DNA from: an uncultured Bacteroidales bacterium
Lineage (GTDB): Bacteria > Bacteroidota > Bacteroidia > Bacteroidales > VadinHA17
Assembly: GCA_963791065.1 (NCBI GenBank)
Contig: CAWBQN010000018.1
Location: forward strand, 391,917 to 455,916
Reading direction: 5' to 3'
DNA: 64,000 nt
Shown here: piece by piece, positions 22,812-30,039 of the stretch
Position numbering within the stretch: position 1 is the first letter of the stretch
Layout: each line of letters begins with the position of its first letter
Program-made: the position numbers and the translations under genes
Notes under the pieces: model-generated
The model's input: only the letters and a program-made list of their open reading frames with translations
Databases searched by the model: none
What the model was told of the DNA's origin: nothing

Positions 22812-23255
22812 ATGAAAGCAACAAGGATCAATTACGCGACAAGAAATGTTTCATTAGGTGTTATAATAACACTAATAGTAGCTTTTTCCACATCATGTGC
22901 CACAAAAATGACTTTTTCTACATCATCAGTCGTTCCGGCAGCACAAGGTTCCGTAAAAGTAAGCAGAGACAATAACAAGAATTATGTTATTAAAATATCT
23001 ATAACCAATTTAGCTGAGGTCGAACGGCTACAGCCCCAAAAACAAACATATGTTGTATGGATGGTCACAAACGACGGTCTGACAAAAAATATAGGTCAGT
23101 TAAATAGTTCGAAAAGCTTCCTGTCGAAAAAATTGAAGGCCTCTTTAAAAACAGTATCCTCATTTAATCCGGTTAAAATATTTATAACGGCCGAAAATGA
23201 TCCAGGTGTTCAATATCCGGGCGATCAGGTTATATTATCAACAGACCTGCTTTAG
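22812..23255 (+). CDS. Hypothetical lipoprotein
   Basis: 147-aa ORF with TM/signal segment LGVIITLIVAFSTSC (lipobox-like Cys). No family recognised. Confidence 0.5.
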   Translation: MKATRINYATRNVSLGVIITLIVAFSTSCATKMTFSTSSVVPAAQGSVKVSRDNNKNYVIKISITNLAEVERLQPQKQTYVVWMVTNDGLTKNIGQLNSSKSFLSKKLKASLKTVSSFNPVKIFITAENDPGVQYPGDQVILSTDLL

Positions 23256-23496
23256 AGCAGATATTCAGCCGAATATGGAATTTTTAGTGAACTCTATGTT
23301 TTCCTGATAGCGCTCGGTATTTAACATGGTACCAGCTGAATATGTTGTAAAAGCAGAAGCACGTTGATGGTGCAACGGATTTTGGGATCCGAAGTATTCA
23401 TCGTACTGACCGCAAATCCACACATTTCGAACAGTCTTTACCCGTATTTGAGATTTCCACATGGACAGACCAGATAAGAAGAAAAATTCATAATTT

Positions 23497-24396
23497 ATGA
23501 TAAAGAAAATTATTTTAACACTTTTGTTTTTGTTCATAGCCATAATTGCTTCGTTTTTTATCTGGCGATATTGGAACTATGTACGCGATAAGGACCCAAA
23601 CAAAACATTTTTGCTGCCGCGACTGGAGTTGTCAGATTTAAATATAACCTCCCTTACTTCCAGGAAAACAGAAATGACGGTTAAGTTGGATATCAAAAAC
23701 CAACTTCCGCTGTCATTCACTATAGACAGTTTGCATTACAGGATTTTTATCAATGATACTGAGATATTGAAAGATCATTTCAAAAAATCAATTTCACTGA
23801 AAAGAAATGCAAGCAGCCAGATTTCGCTTCCAATCACCTTTTTCAATGATTCAATTTCTTCGGTTATGAAAGCAAATGAACGGGAAAATGCCGATTCCGT
23901 TGAATTTCATTTTCAGGGATCTTTCTTTACTCGTCTTTTCTTTAAAAAGCAATTTAATGTTGACATTAAAAGATTAATCCCGAGGATCTATATTCCGGAG
24001 GTAAATGCTGAGCACTTCAAAATAGATTCACTTAATTTCTCAAGAGCAGTGGTCCAGTTGCTAGTTTCAATAAATAACAAAAATGTATTTCTGTTCAAAG
24101 CAGAGAACATCGCTTATGAGCTTTCCATTGAAGACAATCAATGGATTAAGGGAATAATTCCTAATAATATTGATGTAAAGGCAAAAAGTATTACCGACCT
24201 GACAATCCCAATAACAATTTCTTTTAAAGAAGTGGGCAAAACACTATTTGATTTGCTGACAAAAGGCAGTAACGTACGTTACAAGCTCCATCTCACATTC
24301 AGAATAGAATCAGATAATAATATGATAAGGAACAGCAAAGTAACTCTTGAAAGTGAAGGCTCGGTAAAATCATTAATGAAGGCTTTAAAAAAATAA
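23497..24396 (+). CDS. LEA type 2 (WHy/Lea14-like) repeat protein, membrane-anchored
   Basis: N-terminal TM helix, then two to three reiterated modules of the LEA_2 pattern (LSDLNITSLTSRKTEMTVKLDIKNQLPLSFTIDSLHYRIFINDTEI; FKIDSLNFSRAVVQLLVSINNKNVFLFKAENIAYELSIEDNQ). Confidence 0.5.
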   Translation: MIKKIILTLLFLFIAIIASFFIWRYWNYVRDKDPNKTFLLPRLELSDLNITSLTSRKTEMTVKLDIKNQLPLSFTIDSLHYRIFINDTEILKDHFKKSISLKRNASSQISLPITFFNDSISSVMKANERENADSVEFHFQGSFFTRLFFKKQFNVDIKRLIPRIYIPEVNAEHFKIDSLNFSRAVVQLLVSINNKNVFLFKAENIAYELSIEDNQWIKGIIPNNIDVKAKSITDLTIPITISFKEVGKTLFDLLTKGSNVRYKLHLTFRIESDNNMIRNSKVTLESEGSVKSLMKALKK

Positions 24397-24440
24397 AGCA
24401 TCACAATCTATTAAGAATTGATAAAATATGTGAGATATAA

Positions 24441-25468
24441 ATGATGAATTTAAAAGAGATTATAAAAACTGCAAAAACATTGGTAGCCAACGACAAAGGC
24501 CTGCTGGCAATGGATGAAAGTAATCCAACCTGCAATAAAAGATTTGCAGCGGCAGGGATTCCTCAAACAGAGGAGTTCCGGCGTTCCTATCGGGAAATGA
24601 TTATAACAACACCTGGTCTGGGTGAATGTATTAGTGGTCTTATCCTCTACGACGAAACGATCAGGCAGAAGAAAAAAGATGGGACTTTATTTATTAAAGC
24701 CATCACCGATTTGGGAATCATCCCCGGAATCAAAGTTGATGCCGGTGCAAAGGATATGGCAGGTCACCCGGGAGAGAAAATAACCGAGGGTCTGGATGGA
24801 TTACGCGACCGCCTCCGGGAATATTTTCAAATGGGCGCCCGTTTTGCCAAGTGGCGGGCAGTGATTGCCATAGGAAATGGTATTCCCAGCCGTGGTTGCA
24901 TAGAGGCTAATGCGCATGCATTGGCCCGTTATGCTGCCTTATGCCAGGAAGCAGGATTTGTCCCTGTCGTTGAGCCTGAGGTACTCATGGATGGCGATCA
25001 TTCTCTGGAACAGTGCTTTGAAGTAACAGAGGAAGTTCTGTAGAACAGTTTTCAGACAGCTTTATAAACAACGTGTGACACTGGAAGGTATGATCCTGAA
25101 ACCCAATATGGTGCTTCCCGGATTGACCTGTCCTAAACAGGAATCAGTGGATGAAGTAGCCGACATCACTGTGGAGTGTCTCTTGCGAGCTGTCCCTGCT
25201 GCAGTTCCGGGGATTGCCTTTTTGTCGGGTGGCCAATCCGGTGAATTGGCCTCGGCTCGTTTGAATGCAATGAATGTCAGATTTAAGTCGCGATTACCAT
25301 GGGCATTGTCGTTTTCGTTTGCCCGCGCAATCCAGCAACCGGCTCTGGAGATCTGGCATGGAGAGGAGGCCAATGTGTCAGCGGCGCAACAGGCACTGTA
25401 TCATCGTGCAAGTTGTAACCGGGCTGCACGACAGGGTAAATACAATGCAGGAAATAGAAAAGAAATGA
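24441..25468 (+). pseudogene. fba: Fructose-bisphosphate aldolase class I, frame broken at 25041 (+1) and probably again at GG 25450-25451 (+1)
   Basis: Fragment 24441..25043 (LLAMDESNPTCNKRF, KVDAG, EPEVLMDGDH) stops at TAG 25041. The +1 frame continues RTVFRQLYKQRVTLEGMILKPNMV...FLSGGQS...ALYHRASCNRAARQGKYN (track ORF 25075..25572). Removing one G at 25450 gives YNAEIEKK-stop at 25468 and a product of about 342 aa. Confidence 0.8.
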
Positions 25469-25516
25469 GCACGAAAATCACAAATACATTCCAGGAGTCA
25501 GATACCCCTGTATCCG

Positions 25517-26485
25517 TTGAAATTCGAGCCGATTTATCAGTACAGGCTCTGGGGAGGCAGGCATTTGGCTGATCTGCTCTCTGCACCTCTGCCAGGTAAC
25601 GGTCCAATTGGGGAAGCATGGATTCTCAGCGACCGGGAGGACCATCAGAGCCTTGTTGCTAATGGACCACTCAAAGGACAGACTATCAATCAATTGATGG
25701 AGAAGGAGCAGCAGAAGCTGCTCGGAAAACCGGCAGGACATTTCAAACGATTTCCTCTGTTGCTTAAGTTCCTCGATGTGCATGAAATGCTTTCAGTGCA
25801 GGTGCATCCTTCTGATCTTAAAAAGGACTATCTGCCGGTTGGTGAACATGGCAAGACTGAAGCATGGGTCGTGTTGGAGGCAGGGCCGGATAGTCGCATT
25901 TATGCGGGACTTAAAACAGGGACTACAGCTGACAATTTAAAACAGTCTCTCAAAAACGGGACAGTTGCTGATCATTTGGCATACTTCATCCCTAAACCCG
26001 GCGATGGTGTTTTTAACCCGTCAGGAACGGTTCATTCGCTTGGCGGAGATGTTGTAGTGTTTGAGGTTCAACAAAACAGTGATGTGACATTCCGATTGTA
26101 TGACTGGAACCACATTGATGCAAATACAGGTAAACCAAGGTCACTCCAGGTCGATCAGGCGCTTGCATGTATTGATTTTACGCAAAGTGCTATAAAACCG
26201 GTGGTGCCGGTAGTTGAAGCAATAACACCTGTCAGGAATGAGATGCTTTTTCATTGTGATTATTTTCGCTTGTGGCGTCTTCGTGGAAAATCGCCGTTTA
26301 CTGTCGGTGAATCAGGTGTACCACGACTATTGGTATGCACAGATGGCGATGGGCTGATAGAATATGACGGCGCGATTTATATTATCGGAAAAGGAGATGT
26401 TTACCTTTTACCTGCGGTAGTAGGAGTATGTACCTTTAAACCGCGAAAAGAGGTTACATTATTGGAAATCGCACTTCCGGAATAG
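25517..26485 (+). CDS. manA: Type I phosphomannose isomerase (mannose-6-phosphate isomerase)
   Basis: (I)PLYPLKFEPIYQYRLWGG N-terminus, the SVQVHP zinc motif, the KTEAWVVLE motif and the HSLG motif. There is no ATG. The frame opens at 25469, and the only start candidates are ATA 25502, CTG 25508 and TTG 25517. Confidence 0.8.
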   Translation: MKFEPIYQYRLWGGRHLADLLSAPLPGNGPIGEAWILSDREDHQSLVANGPLKGQTINQLMEKEQQKLLGKPAGHFKRFPLLLKFLDVHEMLSVQVHPSDLKKDYLPVGEHGKTEAWVVLEAGPDSRIYAGLKTGTTADNLKQSLKNGTVADHLAYFIPKPGDGVFNPSGTVHSLGGDVVVFEVQQNSDVTFRLYDWNHIDANTGKPRSLQVDQALACIDFTQSAIKPVVPVVEAITPVRNEMLFHCDYFRLWRLRGKSPFTVGESGVPRLLVCTDGDGLIEYDGAIYIIGKGDVYLLPAVVGVCTFKPRKEVTLLEIALPE

Positions 26486-26582
26486 ATTAATAGATATTTT
26501 ATTATGGTAAAAAAATTAATTGTTTTTGATCTGGACGTCTGGGAGACGATAATAGCATAAACCTTAACAAGCAGGAGAAGAG

Positions 26583-27692
26583 ATGAGTGGAATTAAACTG
26601 AAACGTCTCGGGCTGATGATGGAGCCTGAACCCGGTAACCCGATGGAAGTGGAAGGGGTCCTGAATCCGGCCGCTGCACGTGGTCCGGATGGCAACCTTT
26701 ACCTGTTTCCACGGTTAGTCGCAAAGGGCAATTATTCTCGCATAGGCATAGCAACGGTTCTTTTTAATAAAGACGGTGATCCGTCCGGAGTCAAACGGAT
26801 GGGTGTTGTTCTTGAGCCTGAGGCAGATTATGAGCTTCGATCTGACGGCAGCGGTGGTTGCGAAGATCCTCGTATCACCTTTCTGGAGCCACTGAAACGC
26901 TATATGATGACTTACACCGCGCTTTCTCCCAAAGGACCCCGGATCGCCATAGCTGTATCGGCTGATTTATTTCACTGGAAACGCCTTGGATTAGTTAACT
27001 TCGAATCAGACAATGGTGTAGATTTCGTTAATGTGGACAATAAGGACGCAAGCCTCTTCCCCGTTGCGATTCCTAATCATTCAGGGAAATTGCAGTTGGC
27101 TATCCTTCACCGGCCTCTTTTTCAGGGTACCAGACCTGAAGAAACTGCCCTCCAGGCCAAGACGAGGGAAGTGGACCTGGACCATGAGAGCATTTGGATT
27201 TCTTATTGCCCGATGCCTTCTAATGATATTGAACCTGATCACATCGGTTTATTTAATTCACATCACCGGCTTGCAACACCTGTGTCGCCATGGGAAAGAC
27301 TTAAAATTGGCGGAGGAACTCCGCCAGTCCTTACCAGGCATGGTTGGCTTATCCTTTACCACGGAGTAAGTGAATTGCCTGATAAGAACAAAGAGGAGAA
27401 GCAATTATGCTATTCGGCCGGTGTGATGGTATTATCGAAGGATCATCCGCAAGTGATACACTATCGTTCAGTGAAACCGGTATTGAAACCAGAACTAAAA
27501 CATGAACGTCAGGGCACTATTTCAAATGTAGTGTTCCCGACCGGTATTGACCGTCGTGATGATCTTGGTTTGCCGCACCGATTCGATGTTTATTATGGTA
27601 TGGCTGACAAAAGAATTGGCGTTGCGCGTCTTGATATGCCTGATATTTTGCCGCCTGACGGAGTCGCGGACAAGCATGATGCAAAGGTGTAG
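26583..27692 (+). CDS. Glycoside hydrolase family 130-like protein (beta-mannoside phosphorylase/glycosidase fold)
   Basis: 369-aa ORF with NPAAARGPDGNLYLFPR, CEDPRITFL, the MTYTA segment and the GGGTPPV segment, as in the DUF377/GH130 five-bladed propeller family. Assigned from memory of the family, not from a search. Confidence 0.55.
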   Translation: MSGIKLKRLGLMMEPEPGNPMEVEGVLNPAAARGPDGNLYLFPRLVAKGNYSRIGIATVLFNKDGDPSGVKRMGVVLEPEADYELRSDGSGGCEDPRITFLEPLKRYMMTYTALSPKGPRIAIAVSADLFHWKRLGLVNFESDNGVDFVNVDNKDASLFPVAIPNHSGKLQLAILHRPLFQGTRPEETALQAKTREVDLDHESIWISYCPMPSNDIEPDHIGLFNSHHRLATPVSPWERLKIGGGTPPVLTRHGWLILYHGVSELPDKNKEEKQLCYSAGVMVLSKDHPQVIHYRSVKPVLKPELKHERQGTISNVVFPTGIDRRDDLGLPHRFDVYYGMADKRIGVARLDMPDILPPDGVADKHDAKV

Positions 27693-27872
27693 TGAAGTGC
27701 AACTATACATTAATCACGAATATATTTCAGGATATAAATATGTTATATCCGTATCAGTCAACAACTAAAAACTCTATAAAATGTTAATATTATCTGAAGG
27801 TTAACCCGACAATGTTCCGGGAGTTTCCGCAGAAGGAAAAATAACCTGAACAGATTATGAAACTGTTATAAA

Positions 27873-29891
27873 ATGAAAATCGAAGAAAAATGTATCAACA
27901 CGATCCGATGCCTTGCCATTGATGCAGTGGAGAAAGCCAATTCAGGACACCCCGGGACTCCAATGGCACTGGCTCCCGCAGCATATGCTTTATGGATGAT
28001 GCACATGCATTACAATCCTGCCAACCCAAACTGGTTCAACCGTGACCGTTTCGTGCTTTCAAATGGACATGCCTCTATGTTACAATATGCTATTCTGCAT
28101 TTAGTGGGATATAAAATATCTCTTGATGATATAAAAAACTTCAGGCAATGGGGGAGTAATACACCGGGACATCCGGAATACGGTCTCACACCTGGTATAG
28201 AAACTACAACCGGGCCGTTGGGACAAGGATTCATGGATGCAGTGGGTATGGCGATTGCTGAAGCACATCTGGCAGCCATATTTAACACTAAAGAACATAC
28301 AATAATTGATCATAATACATACGTGTTCTGCAGCGACGGAGACTTTATGGAAGGTGCTTCCAATGAAGCTGCTTCCATAGCCGGACATTTTGGGTTGGGA
28401 AAGCTTATCGTCCTGTATGATGATAACCACATCACAATTGAAGGAAACACATCCCTTACATATTCAGATGACGTCGGCAAGCGTTTTGAAGCTTACCACT
28501 GGCATATTCAGGATCTGGGCGACCGAGGGAATGATTTAACGGCAATATCTGAAGCATTTACTAAAGCAAAGGCGGTGACTGATAAGCCATCTCTGATCAT
28601 TTTAAGGACACATATAGGTTACGGATCACCAAATAAACAGGATACATCAGAAGCTCATGGTTCACCTTTAGGCGCTGAGGAGGTAAAACTGGTAAAAAAA
28701 TTCTACGGATGGTCCGAAGATAAATTCTTTTGGGTTCCTGATGAGGTAAAATCACATATGAAAATTGCTATTGAAAAGGGGAAAGCCCTGGAAGAAAAAT
28801 GGAATAAGAAATTCGGCGATTATAAAAAAGCATATCCTGATCTGGCGAAACAGTTGAATGATTTTCTTCAGCAGGTCCTGCCAAAAGGCTGGGACAACGA
28901 AATCCCTTTCTATAAACCCTCAGACGGACCAAAAGCAACGAGAGAAGTATCGGCGGGCGTTATCAATGCTGTAGCAGCACATTTGCCGTGGCTAATGGGC
29001 GGAAGCGCTGATCTGGAACCTTCCACGAAAACGCTGATCAAATCATCAGGTTATTTCGAAAAAGGAAAGTATGGAAACCGGAATATGGACTGGGGGATAA
29101 GAGAACATGTGATGTGTGCAGCCAGTTCAGGAATGAGCGTCCATGGAGGCATACGTCCTTATGCCGCGACTTTTTTCATTTTTACAGATTATGCACGGCC
29201 TGCAATACGGCTTGCCTGCATTATGCAGCTGCCAGTAATTTACGTGATGACGCATGATTCCATTGGGTTAGGAGAAGATGGCACCACGCATCAGCCTGTT
29301 GAACACCTTGCTTCTTTCAGAGCAATGCCCGGCATGTGTCTTATTCGTCCTGCCGATGCTAACGAAGCTGCATACGCATGGCGTGTGGCTATTCAAAATA
29401 CAAAAGGTCCGACAATGCTGGTCTTGTCGAGGCAAAAATTGCCGGTTTTTGATCGAAACATTCTTGCATCTGCCGATGGAGTGATAAAAGGAGCATACGT
29501 ACTGTCTAAGGAACAAGGCAGTAAACCAGATATAATTTTGATCGCTACCGGTTCGGAAGTACAACTTGTTCTTGAAGCCAGGCATGAACTCACGAAAGAT
29601 TCTATTGATGCCCGTATAGTGAGTATGCCAAGCTGGGATTTGTTCAGAATGCAGAAACCGGAGTATCGCGATAAAGTATTGCCTGCAGGCATAAAAGCGA
29701 GGCTTGCAGTGGAAGCAGCATCACCTCAGGGATGGTGTGAGTGGGTAGGTGATCAGGGCAAAGTAATCGGGATATCAAAATTCGGTTCCAGTGCTCCTTA
29801 TAAGGAGATATATGAACATTATGGCATTACTGTAAAAAATATTGTAAGTACTGCACGAAAAATGCTTTCTCCTCACCGGCTCAAATTGTAA
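27873..29891 (+). CDS. tkt: Transketolase
   Basis: NSGHPGTPMALAP, the ThDP motif CSDGDFMEGASNEAASIAGH...L.VLYDDNHITIEG, and THDSIGLGEDGTTHQPVEHL. Confidence 0.92.
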   Translation: MKIEEKCINTIRCLAIDAVEKANSGHPGTPMALAPAAYALWMMHMHYNPANPNWFNRDRFVLSNGHASMLQYAILHLVGYKISLDDIKNFRQWGSNTPGHPEYGLTPGIETTTGPLGQGFMDAVGMAIAEAHLAAIFNTKEHTIIDHNTYVFCSDGDFMEGASNEAASIAGHFGLGKLIVLYDDNHITIEGNTSLTYSDDVGKRFEAYHWHIQDLGDRGNDLTAISEAFTKAKAVTDKPSLIILRTHIGYGSPNKQDTSEAHGSPLGAEEVKLVKKFYGWSEDKFFWVPDEVKSHMKIAIEKGKALEEKWNKKFGDYKKAYPDLAKQLNDFLQQVLPKGWDNEIPFYKPSDGPKATREVSAGVINAVAAHLPWLMGGSADLEPSTKTLIKSSGYFEKGKYGNRNMDWGIREHVMCAASSGMSVHGGIRPYAATFFIFTDYARPAIRLACIMQLPVIYVMTHDSIGLGEDGTTHQPVEHLASFRAMPGMCLIRPADANEAAYAWRVAIQNTKGPTMLVLSRQKLPVFDRNILASADGVIKGAYVLSKEQGSKPDIILIATGSEVQLVLEARHELTKDSIDARIVSMPSWDLFRMQKPEYRDKVLPAGIKARLAVEAASPQGWCEWVGDQGKVIGISKFGSSAPYKEIYEHYGITVKNIVSTARKMLSPHRLKL

Positions 29892-29996
29892 ATGGCGAAT
29901 TGCTGTATCCGTCTCCAATTATTTGAATTTATTTCTTTTTTATATAAAGGTATTTAAAAAGATAAAAAGATATGCATATCTTAATTTCAAATTAAT

Positions 29997-30004
29997 TATC
30001 TTTG
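29997..30004 (+). promoter_or_regulatory. -7 promoter box TAtcTTTG upstream of metE
   Basis: Exact TAnnTTTG match, 36 nt upstream of ATG 30040, in an AT-rich 148-bp spacer. Confidence 0.45.
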
Positions 30005-30039
30005 CTTAAAGGCATTATGACAATTAAAACATATTAAAA

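Noticed and set aside
23265-23543. 92-aa minus-strand ORF in the spacer between the lipoprotein and LEA_2 genes
   Set aside because: Its N-terminus overlaps the LEA_2 gene start on the opposite strand. It has no recognisable motif, start context or promoter box. It might be a gene remnant, but I cannot support a call.
27739-27760. Palindrome ggatataa-atatg-ttatatcc downstream of the GH130 gene
   Set aside because: It is a short AT-only stem without a U-run or any repeat elsewhere in the window. That is not enough to call an operator or terminator.
12226-29891. Calling the GC-richer metabolic block a mobile genomic island
   Set aside because: There is no integrase, transposase, tRNA gene, direct-repeat boundary or conjugation gene in or next to it. 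I report it only as a compositional and functional mosaic.
29892-30039. Possible cobalamin or SAM riboswitch upstream of metE
   Set aside because: The spacer is only 148 bp, very AT-rich, and lacks the GC-rich conserved cores of those riboswitches. Only a promoter box is evident.
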